Source: Octopus vulgaris
Lineage: Eukaryota
Length of the DNA: 64,000 nucleotides
NCBI GenBank assembly: GCA_951406725.2
Contig: OX597829.1
Coordinates: forward strand, 25,172,001-25,236,000
Reading direction: 5' to 3'
Shown here: in pieces, positions 50,087 to 64,000 of the stretch
Layout: each line of letters starts with the position of its first letter
How positions within the stretch are numbered: position 1 is the first letter of the stretch
Made by a program: the position numbers and the translations under genes
Notes under the pieces: generated by a model
Database searches by the model: none
What the model was told of the DNA's origin: nothing
What the model saw: only the letters and a program-made list of their open reading frames with translations

Positions 50087-50168
50087 CTGAGAGACAACTT
50101 GAACATACTGCAGTCATAATAGCACGGATTACCAAAGGATCTTTCTTCTGTTGCTCTGAGACATAAGC
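50087..50168 (-). CDS. EIF4G: eIF4G exon (AYVSEQQKKDPLVIRAIMTAVCSSCLS)
   Basis: TAG/GTTTGT, 82 nt, phase 0/1; RALMTAVC motif. Confidence 0.93.
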
Positions 50169-52524
50169 CTAAATAAAGTACAATATATTACATATAGTAC
50201 AGCATACAAAAAAGATGAATCAAATACAATGTATTCAACAGCTGAGAAGTGTGAGAAGAGCTGCAGACTGGTTAATAACAAAAGTGTATCAGGATAGCAA
50301 AACAAATCAGATCCAAAAATATAGTTCAATTACAAAATCAATAATATTAAGATGCCAATTTGTTGTTTTTGTATGTACCTGGCGTGTGTGTCACACTTCA
50401 AAGTGAGTGACAAAGCGAGAGAGGAGGACATAGAGTGAGTGGTGATGGTATTCATGTTGTGTTTTTAAATGTTTATCACATCACTGCTAGTAGATAAATG
50501 TATTGTTTAATTACAAGCAGGAGAGAGGAGGGACATAGAGGAAGTGAAAGAGAAAAAGTGAGAGACAGTAGACACAGACACATTGTTAAATAACTACAAC
50601 AAATATTTGATGTCACTCTCACTTTTCAGTATCACACGAGGATAAAATTAACTCACAAGTGGCTGAGTACTCCACAGACATGCATATCATTCTCAAGGAG
50701 ATTCAGTCTCACACAATATGACAAGACTGGCCCCTTTCAATTACAGCTACAACTCATTTTGGCCAGCTGAGAGGACTGGAGAAAGATAAAAACCTTCAAG
50801 TGGTTGGAAGAGAAATGAAAAATGATCCTATACAGGGCAGAAAAATTGTTTTAGTCATTAGGATCATTATGTGTCGCAGAGATCTGGAGGCCAAGCCCCC
50901 AAGTAAACACAGATGTGCAAGCTATTATCAAACTGAGCAGGAGACGAGGACGAATACATGACAAAATAATTATTTTGTCTTAGGTAGAGTACCTTGCTCA
51001 AAAACACAGTATGCCACAGGGAATCATACTCATGACTTTATGATCATGGACCAAATACCCCTAACCACTGAGACATGCACCTTCACTCTCTTAACCTTAC
51101 AGAAAAAGAGGGAAGCAATAGAGACAGAAAGGAAAGCCTGTCATTTAAAATGACAATTAGACTTAAATTACAATTGATCTTTTCTAGCTTTTTTACTGAG
51201 TGTCTATCCCTCTTCCGCATTGTTAAAAGAAATGAATAGAAGGAAAGTCTTTCAGGTGTTTATGTTCTTATTCTGGGAATTCTAGAATGATCAACTGTTA
51301 GGTCTTCCTCACCCCACCCCCAGTACGTACTTGCCTTCTTTCACAATCATGCATGTCTTTTAGTGGGGGGGGGGGGCACACCCCTCCACTTTTTCCAAGG
51401 CATGCTTAACGCTTTCTCTACAAACAAGCCCCACTTCCTTTTTCTCATACAAAAACTAGTGCAAATTTCAAAAACCGTGAAGCTGGGAAAAGAGCCCAGA
51501 AAAATGGGTAATACCTCCTACAAAATGGGTGGGGGAGAAATGTTACCAACAGGTGGCTACATGAAATTCAACTGTACTTTAAAGAGTGTTTTCTACTATA
51601 GACTCGGTCCAACCAAAGCCTCGTGAGTGAATTTGGTAGACATAAACTGAAAGAAGCCGATGTTTGTGTGTATGATCCCCCAACTTTTATGATTACACTA
51701 TTTGCCAGTGTATCAGACATCTCTATTTTACAAAGAAATTTGAATAGGATGCAACAATTTAGTATGTTTCACCGTATACTTATTGAAAGTTTTAAAAGTG
51801 CATGCAAATACAATATTGACAGAGTATACAGGAAGGAAGTATACAATCATAAATTTATATTTATCTGTTTCAGTCATTAGACTGTGGCCATGCTGGAGTA
51901 ATTCATCTTTTCAATTGACTATATATTTGAATTTGGCTCAAGAAAATTGCCATACAAGAAGTAAAACTTGTACTTCTGGCTGTAATGTTTTATGTAATCA
52001 TGATCAAACATCAAGTTCAAGCAACACTTGTATTGTTATTCACCCATTACAAACAGCTGGCAGGCAGATGAAAGTTTAGTAACTCTTTCATGTTTCCCAG
52101 AGAATTTCCATCTAGATAATTAAAAGGGTTCCCTAAAGGTATAGTCATTACATAGTGTAAGGCACATACCCGGTGTGTTATGTATACTGCGGAAGGAGGT
52201 TTAATGAGATGTGACTCCCCTACATAACAGCCGGGATACGGTTAGCAATTTTTCTTTGTGTCTGTGCTAACAGACTATGATATATTTCTTTGTTGCCAAT
52301 ATTTTTTTTTGCTATAATTAAGATTTATTTTCCCGTAGCAGGATTCTACTTATCTGGCTACAATAGCTGGTCTTCTATCCATAGTACAGCCACACTGAGT
52401 GCAGGGTAATATTTTTAAAAATATATTTTTAAAAATATTCCAGCAAATATGATACATTGAATGGAGTTACAAAAAAGACAAGAGAAGCAGGAGAGTGATC
52501 AAGAGCAAAACAGTAAAATATTAC

Positions 52525-52662
52525 CTCTATCCAGGCAGTTATCTCATTCTCAGACTGTTCAGATTTAGATATTAATTCAGTTAACTTTGATTGAATGTTG
52601 GCTATTGTCAAGGAACCTGGCACTGGTTTGGAAACACTTCCCCCGAGTGTATATTCAAGTTT
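52525..52662 (-). CDS. EIF4G: eIF4G exon (KLEYTL...NEITAWIE)
   Basis: CAG/GTAATA, 138 nt, phase 0/0. Confidence 0.92.
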
Positions 52663-52786
52663 CTGAAAGACAATTCAATTTCACAATGTCAGTGATGAAA
52701 TGCCAAGTAATTTTTAAGATAAAACCTTCACGAGAAGAAATTAGAAATATCTAGAAAAATACTAATTGCTCATGAATATTAATTAC

Positions 52787-52882
52787 CTTCTCTTTTATAA
52801 ATGAATCAATATCTTTCTCATCTAAGAAATCAGACCATTGTAATTTTGATGATTGCCATAATTCTGCTGCTTTATCTTGTCC
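52787..52882 (-). CDS. EIF4G: eIF4G exon (GQDKAAELWQSSKLQWSDFLDEKDIDSFIKEK)
   Basis: TAG/GTAATT, 96 nt, phase 0/0. Confidence 0.93.
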
Positions 52883-53784
52883 CTAAAAAGTAAAATACAA
52901 ATTCACAAACATTTTAAAATCTGGAAAGTTCAAATCTTACATGTACTTTATAAGTTAGTAATTCTTTAGCATTCAGAGCACAGTCAAATGCAATACATAT
53001 TTATTCACATTTATTTGACTGAAGCAATTACATCATTGAAATCTCAGAGTTAGAATGAGGCATTGTTGGGTACAGACAAGAAGCCAGATTTGGCCAGTTT
53101 AAACAAAACAGATAGAACACTTTGGACCATATATGGTCAGTTTATACGCTAAAAGAGTTTTAGAAGTATAAATATATAAACATGTATCAGGTAACACAAA
53201 TTAGGAAAATAGCATTGAACTATTTTTTTATATTGGTTGCAGTACTTGAAACAATTTCATGAATGATACCAGATTTACAAAATGAATTATGACTAATGAA
53301 GGTCATACCATTGACTGTGTATTACCATGCCTAACAATTCAGTATAAAGGTTGTTAAAGACAAAACAAAGAAAATTAGTAGCTAAAAATAGATATCTTTC
53401 CTTTCCTTTAATAATCTCTCTCCTAACTCCTCAGTATAATCCTCGCTATCTCTCAAAATTCTAATTTAGAAGATCTTTATTGCATATTCTATAAACCTTC
53501 ATAAGCATTTAAATAAGATATACTGCAGTTTTATATGTTCAGAAAATCTTTATAGTTATTGCATAATTGGAGAGGGGGGAAAAAAACAAAAAAAAACCTA
53601 ACTACAGTGACATCCACTGCAAATGTCATGTTAACATTTGCGATTGCTGTATACAACTGTACACTCTTCATTCCACTTCTTTAAATTGTTAATAATGTAA
53701 CTGCTACGCCTAAGAAAAGACACTGTCTTATCAGATACAACAATGTACAAATAGCAATAAATATTTAGTGAGATTTAAACTTAC

Positions 53785-53989
53785 CATCGTCTTACAAAGA
53801 TCCTTTAATATTTCTGATGGTAATATACCACCTAAATTTGATTTCTTCAAAGGTTCACATGCCATTTTCAAAAAACTCAAAGGCATACCGCCTGCTTGTA
53901 TTACAGGACTAATGAGCTCACCAAGATATTGCCAAATTTTAGGTATATCAATCTGCATGTCCTCTGCAATTTCTAGAATTTCCATTAAG
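53785..53989 (-). CDS. EIF4G: eIF4G exon (MA3: EILEIAEDMQIDIPKIWQYLGELISP)
   Basis: CAG/GTAAGT, 205 nt, phase 2/0. Confidence 0.96.
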
Positions 53990-54829
53990 CTGTAAATGAA
54001 ACAAATAAATATGTAAGAGTCCTATATATTTTAGACATATGTTATATTCATACAGAAGAATATATATCTGATATTTGAGTCAACCACATGGAGTATCACT
54101 TGTTAAAATTAAATATTAAATCAAGACACACATAAGAATAAGTCATGATACTTTGTTGATAATCATCTCAAATAAACTGCTATAATAACCATACAAATTT
54201 AAGATGTATTTCAATATTCTAATATAAATCTTGATTAAGTAGAACCTAGAGAATAACAAAGGATTGTACATGTCTTACACTGCCATGAGATTTCATCAAT
54301 TGATAAACCAACACTTAAGTATTGCTAATGAGTAAAATTTAAATAAACAGAATACAAAGTTGGTTAAGGATTAATTACCAATAGATAAAATACATCAAAA
54401 GACTGAACAGAATTATACACTAATTAATTCCACAATGCTATAAATAAATAAGATGCTATAAATTAGAGAAAATAAATTACAATTGATTACATTCTGGAGC
54501 AACAAGTGTAAACATACTAATTATCAAATTAAACTTGATGTAAAAGGTACACTGCACATAACATTGTTTTTAAATCAAAACAGATTCAATTAACTGATGT
54601 AAAAATGACAGTTACCTTACCATATAATATAATGCTCAAATGAAGTTAAAAGTCCAGAAATATTTAGCAATAAACCAGCCTGAAACACAACAGCCTATGA
54701 CCCCACCCCCATAGGCTGACTATGAACGAGCTGTGACATCCAGCATGCAATAATTTCAACTCTTATTAATAGATGCATTATTTCTATCCAAGTAAACTCA
54801 CATCTGACTTGCATCAAAGCAGACTGTAA

Positions 54830-55770
54830 AAGGTTGTCCAGAAAGTTCTGAGTGTTTCTTTTTAATATGCAAAAAGATATATAAATAACTGACCTTTCAA
54901 TAAATTTTATTCAATGAAATAATTTCCATTATTATTAATGACCTTTGCCCATCTATCAGGCAATTTAAATATTCCATCAGCATAAAATATGACTGGTTTT
55001 GAAGAAATAGTTTAGATGCATTTTGACTCCTAAATCATTAAATGTGTTTTTCCTTGCAATGATGTCTGTAGAGACAAAGACAAGTGGTAGTCGGGTGATG
55101 CAATATCAGGAGAATATGGTAGATGGGGTAAGAGATCCCAGCTAAGTTCATGTAAATTTGTTCAGGTAGCCAAAGGTAAATGTGAATGGGCATTGTCTTG
55201 CTGGAACACCACCCCTTTCCTGTTGGCAATCTCTGGCCTCAATTCTTTGAGTTTTTTGGTTCAAATTAGCTACCTGACAACAGTACATCAGAATTAATGG
55301 TCTGGTTTTGTGGGAGCTCATAATGCAATTATGATCCAACCAAACAGAAAGCATGGCTTTTTTGGCATGAATATTCATCTTTGGTTGCCCTCTTGGGGGA
55401 TCTTTATGCTAACTCAAGGATTTTCTTCACACTGTTTTGTACACAATCCGTTTTTCATTTCCAGTCACAAGTTGTTTCAAAAAGACATGTTTTCATTGTT
55501 TCAAAAGCATATCACAAATGATATACAAGTCAAAGCAATTCTTATCTGAGTTTGTGAAGGACCCATACATTAAAGCGAGAAATGTATCCTAGTCATGATA
55601 TTTGAGGCTTTTTTTGATTTTTGCCTTCAAACATCATCCAATTTCAACGGTCTTCCACTGCAACTGTAATCTTCCAAGCTAAACTCTCCAGCTTTAAATT
55701 TTGCAAACCACCTGCAAACAATTGATTCACTTACATCATCACCATAAATTTTTTAGTTGCGTTCAATGAA
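54830..55770 (-). mobile_element. Mariner transposon remnant
   Basis: NIHAKKAMLSVW and RPEIANRKGVVFQQDNA traces; TIR-like aggttgtccagaaagtt. Confidence 0.8.
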
Positions 55771-55809
55771 GCATTAAAAGATTTAGCTTAATAAACCTAA
55801 TAGTAGGCA

Positions 55810-56654
55810 TCTCTTAAAAATTGACAAAATTTAGAATCTTGGTGTCATCAAGTACCAGCAGCAAAGGGCTTGGGCCCTAAGGACATTCATGCCAACATGG
55901 TTGCTACATTAGGAGATGATGCTCCAATTTTGTCAACAGTGCAAAAGTGAGCAGCTGAATTTAGGAAAGGAAGATAGAGTGCTGAAGATGACCAACAGTC
56001 TGGATGTCCAGCAACTGCCACCACGAAGGAAAACATGATGATGGACAGCAGGTGATTGACATAATAAAGTAGCCAATACCACTAGCATATCCCATGAGAG
56101 CGTTGAGAACATTCTGCACAATGAATAATGAAGGTTCCTGTTGTTAGGTTCACCATTTTGGGCCAGTGACAATCCAGCCTCAGTTCCTGAGGATGCAAAA
56201 GAAATTGCGCTTATTGACCATCTTCAGTTGCGCCACATCACATAAGGAAAGTACTATGCCAACTTGCCAAAGTACTTATGAAAGGCTATCAAGACCAAAT
56301 GCACAGGAAAACTGACAAAAGGTATTTTGTTTCATCAGGACACTTACTCCAACACAGAAGTCCTTGTTTTCAACAGCTGCTAAACATCACTGGTTGATCA
56401 ACCTCTCTATCCCTCAGATTTGACCCCTCCTGACTATCTGTTCCCAAACATGAAAAAACACCTGGTCTGGAGCCGGTGTGGCAGTGATGGTGACATCAAA
56501 CCAGTTGCTAACAGAATGAAAGCTCCTTCACTAATAGGATCCAAGAACTGCAACACCAATGGACCGGAAAGGAAACTAAATTGAAAAATCTCTCATTTAG
56601 CCACTTTCCATGAAAATGTTTGGCCTGCCAATGAACTTTCAGCCAACCCTTGTA
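55810..56654 (+). mobile_element. Second mariner remnant (different subfamily)
   Basis: PKDIHANMVATLGDDAP.LSTVQK.AAEFRKGR, DLTPPDY, right end cagccaacccttgTA. Confidence 0.8.
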
Positions 56655-56773
56655 CATAAAACTTATGCATGTAATAATAAGGTATTTAATACATCATTTA
56701 ATTTCACTTTAGAAGTTTAAATTCTAAGTTTTCTTTAAACACAGTTATGTAAAATTGTTTATATCACATATAC

Positions 56774-57024
56774 TAGTGGTTCCTAAACACTTTCAGGCTG
56801 CCACCCCCTTGACACCCAGGCCATATTCCTAGTACCTCCATCCCAATCAAACTTCGTTCAGAAGCAAATTCAAAGCAACTGTATTTAACAAATTAAACTT
56901 AACCTAATGAACCCATTATTTTGTTTTACACGAATCGCTACCCTATTATCACCCCACTTTTCATCAACACCCTTTTGGAACTTTTCACCACCCCCAGGGG
57001 GCAATATCACTTTGGGAAACACTG
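56774..57024. mobile_element. hAT (Charlie-like) MITE with a perfect 8-bp TSD
   Basis: tagtggttcctaaac ... tttgggaaacactg flanked by acatatac (56766-56773 and 57025-57032). Confidence 0.88.
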
Positions 57025-57218
57025 ACATATACTACACAAATGAGCCATCATAATATTACTATACATATATTTTTAAAATTGCTATTGAAACTAACAAATC
57101 TGAAAAGTTATTCTATGTTCTAATGGATTAAAATTAGAGTCACAAGTCCAGCAGATTGATATTTGTAAAGAATAAACAGAGGAAAAGAGAAAAAAAGCAA
57201 AACCAAGACTATACTTAC

Positions 57219-57382
57219 CCTTGAGTAAATCGTTTACCCTCAATAATTTTTTCTTTCAATATAACTGAGAAAAGTTTTCCTGACTGTTTCCGTGAAGCTT
57301 CTGATCGTTCCAAAATAAGGTTAAAAGCATCAACTACAAACTTTTGTTGATCAGAAAGTTCCTGAATGCTGAGCTTTGCCTC
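57219..57382 (-). CDS. EIF4G: eIF4G exon (MA3: EAKLSIQEL...ILERSEASRKQSGKLF)
   Basis: TAG/GTAAGT, 164 nt, phase 0/2. Confidence 0.93.
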
Positions 57383-57723
57383 CTAAGGAATAAAATATAC
57401 ACAAGTTCAAGCAAACACACATACAATATATATATATATATATATATATAAATATATATATAGATAGATAGATAGAGAGAGAGAAATAGTAATAGAATGG
57501 AACTTAAAACAAGGTAATTAGTAATATTAATTTTGTACTAATGCCACTTACGTCATGGAGCCATCAGAAGGAAAAAGGGAAAAAGTTATACTCAAAACAG
57601 AAATCAACTGAAATGTGTTGTTCAAAACATCAACACTGCAGAGTAAACTGATACTGTCTTACTAAAATATTACTAGAAAGGAAATAGAATCTATTTAGCA
57701 AAATAGTAAGTTTCAAAACTTAC

Positions 57724-57853
57724 TTCCAAATTATTAGAACTGAAAAATTCATTTAAAATTTCAACAGTTTTCTTTGATGATTTTTCTCGAGATTGACTGC
57801 TTTCTCTGCTAGGAACCTGTGATAAAGTTCTACTGCCTCTATTATGAATATTC
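57724..57853 (-). CDS. EIF4G: eIF4G exon (NIHNRGSRTLSQVPSRESSQSREKSSKKTVEILNEFFSSNNLE)
   Basis: CAG/GTAAGT, 130 nt, phase 2/0; frame differs from the listed ORF 57753-57959. Confidence 0.88.
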
Positions 57854-58070
57854 CTGTAACGATAAAAAGATGCAAACTATTCAATAATTTCATAAAATCA
57901 CATGTGAATAAATGATGAAAATTTATGAATAATTTCAAAATTAATTTTAAGATAAACACTGAAACAAAATCAACAGTTTTTTAACAAAGATATTTTTGCA
58001 CCCTACATATCAGACACATTCCATACTAAGAAGCACTATGACAAAAACCACAGATTTGATGGTAACTCAC

Positions 58071-58256
58071 CTTGCCAATCCACTATCTTTATCACCTTCT
58101 TCAGATTGTAATGAAATCTTATTTCTAGAGCCACTACTACTTGCACTGGAACTTGATGTCAAAGAACGTCCAATTTCACTTCGACCAGGGCTGGCTCCCC
58201 TTCGGGGATATATCGAAGTTCGACTGTCATCATCATTTCGGCTCAAGGCATAAAAC
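58071..58256 (-). CDS. EIF4G: eIF4G exon (RFYAL..., Ser/Arg-rich linker)
   Basis: CAG/GTGAGT, 186 nt, phase 2/2; completes the NRFxAL motif. Confidence 0.9.
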
Positions 58257-60529
58257 CTGAAAAGAACAAATATCAAAAGCTTAGTATAATACTATACTCC
58301 ACAACTATGGTAACTAATAAAATACATTCATTATTTTAACAAAACAACTAGCTATACCTATCCATGCTATTATGTTAGTGACAACATATGACTTTACACG
58401 GTAAAGATGGGTTAGACACTGTTACAAAAAATTTTCCTTTAACATGACATTTTAAAAGATCAAACTTCAAATCAAGCAATAATGCCCCTGAATGTCATAA
58501 ATATTACTGCAGTAAATAAATAAATAAAAAAATAACAAAATGGCAAATGTCTTTTACAATAACATTGTAAGTGGATTTGGAAGACAGAAACTCAAAGCTC
58601 ATGTGGATGGATAAAGACACACACACATGGGTGTATAAATACCTGTCCTTCACCCCCGACTGCTCGACAATGACAATTTGTATTCGTGTATTTACACCCC
58701 CATAATTCAGCAGTTCAAGAAAAAGAAGAAAAAAAACACTCCTGGGGGGTGGTCAATTCATTTGACTAAAGTCTTCAAGCTGGTTCTCCAGCATGGCTGC
58801 ATCAAGTAAAACATAAGATATTCAAAATCTTATGAAAACAGATTTAAACAATCCTGCTCAGAATTCAAAATGTGTTTAGTGTTGTGTATTCCAATTTGAT
58901 TAAAAATAAAAGGCAAACAAGGGAATCTGATATGCCTACACGAAATTTGAACACTTTTCCATTAAAAAGCTATATCAAGCTTCAATATCTTATCTTTGTC
59001 TTCGTTTTTCTAAGTTAGCTGCAAGTTTCAATTCACCCATTATGTAGGGGTTTTAATTATTCTAATGATTTACTATGGGAGTGCAAACGCTTGCATTGTT
59101 TTCTTGAAACATTCTGTTAAGTTATACCTATATTTTAAATACATTAATGTATGAAAAACGAATAACAATGCTTCTGCATAGATCTATATAGTTTTTAATT
59201 AATATAACTGGGTATTGGATAATAATAAAACTGGTATGGTGATAAGTTTGAAAGAAAATTTTTTAAATTCTAATTAGATAAACCTGTCAGATTTATGTAA
59301 GAATTTTGAATCAAGAATTTTAAGCAATTTATAGAAGTCTAAATCCATAATTATTTTAGAACTTCACTGAAGCACACCTATACGAATGTAGAGAGGAAAA
59401 GGGGTGATAAATCATGCCAGTATGGAATGATGTTTGACATCAACTTTATGAAATGTCTAACATAGTTACTTGTAAATAGTTGAGTCATTTTTCTTTCAGG
59501 TTATTCTTAACTTCCTGTAAGACACAGTACCGCACAGGACTGCATTAGTCACCCAGTCCTGAAACATATGATATCACAAAAATCGACTAACCTCATTTAC
59601 ATTCATTTTGAAGGCAATAAGGAGTAACTAATGTAAGGGAGAACTTTAATCCCTTCTATCGTTCATTTCATTATACTATCATTATACAACTGCATTTTTG
59701 ACAGAAAATTTGCCATAGAATATTGAAAGTTATTAAAAACTAATTTTTTCTTCGTTTTTTAAAATTAGCATTTTCAATACAGATAGGCGTAATGAAAGGC
59801 ACTTCCAAGCACTTCTTTAATCACTGCCTACATTCAGTTGATATCACAAGTTATCTTATTTTCTAAAAGAATTAAACCCCTAAGTTTTATCTCTACAATA
59901 GTGAGCATAACCTGCAGTCTTTCTGAAAACCAGAGCTAAGTACTCCGGGTTCAATAAACGCGTGCGGACACACACACACAAATATGGTGATTGACGTACT
60001 TTAGGGAATCTCTTATTATCTCAACTAATAAAAAGAAATTTATGAACCTATAAATTAAGAGGAAACCCATTTTCCCTTCATTTTGTCTATACAACCTAAG
60101 TCAAACAAAATTTGGATCGAATTGATTCTAGAGATATGAATGGGTTTGAAACTGAAACAGTGCAGGCTTTCCCCCAAGAACTGCTATTCTAAAGAACCAA
60201 GTATTATTTTGGACAAATACTCTAAGAACTCTTTATTACAAAGTTTCATATATATATAATGTGGATCAGTTTTTCTGACACATGATTGCACACAAACTTT
60301 GTCAACACTTCATAGGCTCTCCTTCTTTTATTGTTAGTAAAAGGTGTTGTACAGTATATTGAACCCCGAGATTTACTTTTGGTTATTCAAATCGACATGC
60401 TTCATATGGTAAATGGAGATAAGCACTTCAGGCTCTTAAGTAAGCTATGTAATTAGCTACTAACTTTATATATGTTGATATTTGAACAATGAACAATGGA
60501 CATTCATGAAAATTATGAAAATGAAATAC

Positions 60530-60645
60530 CTGTTTACAGGTTTCTCTGATGATTCCTGTGTACCTTTAAGACCACCACTGCTTCCACGACCCCAACCAGC
60601 AGGATTTCCTCCACCAGGACCCAATTGAACATTTTCATTTTTTTT
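60530..60645 (-). CDS. EIF4G: eIF4G exon (KKNENVQLGPGGGNPAGWGRGSSGG...PVN)
   Basis: TAG/GTATTT, 116 nt, phase 0/2; conserved WG.GSSGG motif. Confidence 0.92.
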
Positions 60646-61611
60646 CTAAAAAAAGAAAAAAAAAATTAACTATTATAATAATTTCTAATTTAGCCAGGAA
60701 GTCAGCAGTCTGAAGGTTGGATGCATCAATTCACTTGATCTCAGTTATTACTTGACTAGTTCTTTACTGACCTCAGAAAAGCAAAGTTGATCAGGACAAT
60801 ATTTGAACTTAAATATAAACAGAAATGATTCTGTTGCTGCTAATAAATAAAAGTTTAACTAGCAATAAAGATCAATTTACTTTTATTCGTCTCATAACAT
60901 TCCATTTTAGAAAATACAACTAGTAAATAAGTCTGATTTCAGGAATTCTTTCATTCTACCAAGCAATCAATTATTTCCATTGATGATGATTTCATCAAGA
61001 AAAATGAAACTATTGCAAAATTCATCTTCATACACATGAATTAATATTCTAATGGGCCTATATAACATCTTCATTTCAGTACCAACTTTTCAATGCTTGT
61101 ATAGGTAGCATGGAACCTGTTTACAAGATTTCAAATACTTGTTTCTTTGAAGCCACAATATTGTCTGAATTAAGAATTTCAAACCACTGTCTTTTGAAGT
61201 ACTCCAAATCACAGTTGAAATAAAAGGAGTTTTAGCAATTGTAGATTCTCCCATACTAAAAGCAATACTGAAGCAAACACAAAATTGCTAAGATTATAAT
61301 ATTTGATATTGACTAATAAATTTAGAGTAAATGGCACTTCATTGTGACAACACAAGCAATGCAAAATGAATGTAATAATATGAGTGTTATAGGCAAACAG
61401 AAAATTGATTGTCAACCAATTTTTAGAATTAACGACACTAAACTTTATGAACGCTGCTATTCTTAATTACATTTTTCATAGTAAACTGTTGAATGTGATG
61501 AATTTTTTCAATATTTGATTTAGATCTATAATTTATTCCTGCAATTTTAAAATTATATTTTACTTTATAAATTATCAAATAGCAAATTCCCTACAATTCA
61601 GTGATACATAC

Positions 61612-61718
61612 CCATGGCAGTCGTAATTTATTTATGTCAAGTTTTGACGATCTCACTGGAGTCCAACCCTCCTCTACTCCACCTGCACCACCCATTGACG
61701 GAACCCGTCCTTGAGATG
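61612..61718 (-). CDS. EIF4G: eIF4G exon (SQGRVPSMGGAGGVEEGWTPVRSSKLDINKLRLPW)
   Basis: TAG/GTATGT, 107 nt, phase 1/0; GW.xV motif. Confidence 0.88.
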
Positions 61719-61992
61719 CTACAAGAAAGAAGTTTTATGCAAACAATAAATACTGAAATAAAATATTCGAAAGTGCTTGTAAACATAACTGTTGTAAGCT
61801 TTAGTAATATAATATGAACCAATTTATCAATAACTAAGTATTTTCTGATCAATCAAAATTAAACTATATTAGAACAAATTATAATTCTCAAACTAGTAAA
61901 ATATACAGTAGTACCTCAGTTCTGATCGTGAACCAACTATGCTTTACAAATATACATACAAATAAATATATATAATGAATTAATAAATAAAA

Positions 61993-62629
61993 CATGCATA
62001 TATACATACATATATGTACGTACATACCTCTACATGTATATATACATGCATATATGGGTACAGGACACCAAAAAAAACGCCGAACACAATGAGAAACGAA
62101 AGCATAAACACAAAACCAAGGAACTGGACATTTTTCTTAAACAACGAAAAAATAGAGTACAGGACAAATAACACAAGGAAAATTCCCTTCTTCAGTCGCC
62201 ATGGTTTTTCGAAGGTGAAGGCGATATGCATCTTCGATAGAAACTTTCCTTCCCGTGAAAAGTAAATTAAACAAAATATACGGAGGGGTAAAAATGGTAA
62301 CAAAAACAGGACAAGGAGAATAACAAGACAAGAAGGGCTGTTAAGCCGAACGAGATAAAGTGTTACGAATGCTATTTTTGAGAACGGCGAAGGAGCAACA
62401 GAAAATGCCGTTTACACTTCAAGGAAGCTGGGTCAGAAAGACAGTAGCAGAGCTCTCGTCGCGGGTCAACGACGGGAGGGAGGGGGAGCAAGAGAAAGGG
62501 AGAGAAAAAAAGGGAATGGTTGTGAGGAAACCAGAAAGAATGAAGAATGAGAGAGGGGGGGAGATAGTAAGGTAGAAGAAAAGGAAACCAGAAAGAATGA
62601 AGGCTGAGAAAGGGAGGGGACAGAAAGGT

Positions 62630-62630
<1 letters not shown>
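61993..62630. repeat. Dispersed repeat (possibly Penelope-derived), same family as the 47638-47875 arms
   Basis: atgggtacaggaca.caaaaaa..cgc.gaacacaatgagaaacgaaagcataaa shared with 47700-47750. Confidence 0.6.
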
Positions 62631-62657
<27 letters not shown>

Positions 62658-62660
<3 letters not shown>

Positions 62661-63035
62661 TTGCGTCAGAAATTAATTAGCACTTCTCAAATTTCTACAT
62701 TAAATAGGTTAAATCAATTAACCTTATGAGCTGTTCAAAACGCCTTACGCGATGAGAAAACTTAGTATGGTGTGATTTCGGTCCTTGCGAGGCGCTACCT
62801 ATATCTATTAAACAAAGGAAGATTTGTCTGCATCCGCACTCCAAGTTGTTGCACTGCTATGTCAACATCATAAGGCTGTAGACTCTCAAACTGCTCTGCA
62901 AACAAAGTTATGTCATCGTTCTGCGCAACAGTGAACTCGCAACAAAGCAATAGTTCGAGATATGGCCACTAGGTGACAGCACATACCTTGAGTGAAGAGC
63001 AAATCAGGGGTGTTAATTAATTTCTGACGGTAGTG
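62658..63035. mobile_element. Tc1/mariner-type MITE
   Basis: TIRs cacttgcgtcagaaattaattagcac / gtgttaattaatttctgacggtagtg flanked by TA. Confidence 0.88.
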
Positions 63036-63378
63036 TATATATAAAAAAAATAAAGCATATTTTGTTCGTGATCAGAGACATTCGTAAACCAACATACTAC
63101 TGTATTAAATGAATAAGACAGCATATAGAACTTTACAAAAATAGACAAATGTTTTGGATCAGTATTATTTTGTAAAAGTAAAATACTCAGTTTTAGCAAT
63201 AAAATATCTTCAGAGAACAAATGAGTTACAGAATGAGAATTGTAGGTTGCATTCCTATAAATTTGTCATTGGTTCTTTATCAGAGCAAATGTGTCGGAGA
63301 TTCTTTATTTAAACACTTGAGCCTTTAAAAAAAAAAACATTTTAAGTATATCAAATTTGTCAATATCATAAGACTAAC

Positions 63379-63676
63379 CTCTTACTCCAGGTCCAGGAGT
63401 CATGCCTGTGTTAGAGGCTCCATTACCAACACCTCGATGATGGAGGATTCTTTGTTTTGCAGCTGCATTTTCCAGGAGTAATTTACGTTCCTTCTCTTCT
63501 TGTGCAGCCTCTAAATGGATCTGCTGTATTGTCTTTGGGTTATTCTCAGCCCTTCTTGGAACCCAATTGTTCTCGCGTAGTTCAATAGCATCTTGTAACA
63601 TGAAACGTACCCGTGATGAGGTCTTCTTTTCACTAACAATTTCTTTCATTTGTTGGAAATATATTTTCATAGTACC
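63379..63676 (-). CDS. EIF4G: eIF4G exon (end of MIF4G: YFQQM..SSRVRFMLQDAIELRENNWVPRR..PKTIQQIH.EA)
   Basis: TAG/GTTAGT, 298 nt, phase 0/1; diagnostic eIF4G motif. Confidence 0.96.
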
Positions 63677-63932
63677 CTATGTAAAAATAAAATAAAATAA
63701 TTAATTGATTAACTGAAAAGGGATTTATTTTTTTCCATTCAACTTCAAAGTGCAAACTGCTATGCATCTTTTTCATTTTGTAGCATAAAAATTTTATCAA
63801 AAGGTGCATGAATTTCCAGGCAAATCTTTTTATTGAATATTTTGCATTATAGAAAGATTTACATTTTACTTCCACAAAGATTTGACCTCATTAAATATTA
63901 ACTTGTAAATAGATAAAAAAAAAAAAACTCAC

Positions 63933-64000
63933 TTTTGATACGTCGGAATCCACTTCCTTGCCAACTGTTTTCAACAAGCGACATAAACACTCTAAACTCT
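63933..64000 (-). CDS. EIF4G: eIF4G exon, partial at the window edge (SLECLCRLLKTVGKEVDSDVSK)
   Basis: MIF4G motif ECLCRLL.T.GK; GTGAGT donor, phase 0. Confidence 0.95.

Overview
AT-rich, repeat-dense animal genomic DNA; the SINE/RTE repeat families and (TA)n/(CA)n load are typical of Octopus (inferred, not searched). Two intron-rich protein-coding genes lie on the minus strand. (1) The 5' part of HIRA (histone H3.3 chaperone, WD40 region): 11 GT-AG exons reconstructed in continuous frame from ATG 28966 to 847, continuing off the left edge, with a YY1/ETS-type promoter at about 29.1-29.6 kb. (2) The 3' part of an eIF4G gene (end of MIF4G, linker, MA3, W2): 13 exons from the right edge to the TGA at 48477. 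Introns and the intergenic region hold decayed RTE, CR1/L2 and L1/Tx1 LINEs, Penelope-like remnants, Helitrons, mariner/Tc1/hAT/piggyBac-like MITEs and at least three SINE families. Most of the supplied short ORFs are microsatellite or repeat noise. Best leads: a TSD-flanked retroposon made of the 3' half of U6 snRNA fused to a structured RTE/BovB-type LINE 5'UTR (1731-2178); a 335-bp inverted Penelope-type repeat carrying hammerhead ribozyme cores in HIRA intron 2; a long hairpin just downstream of the eIF4G stop; an eIF4G W2 domain lacking its second tryptophan; and repeated fold-back palindromes at repeat breakpoints.
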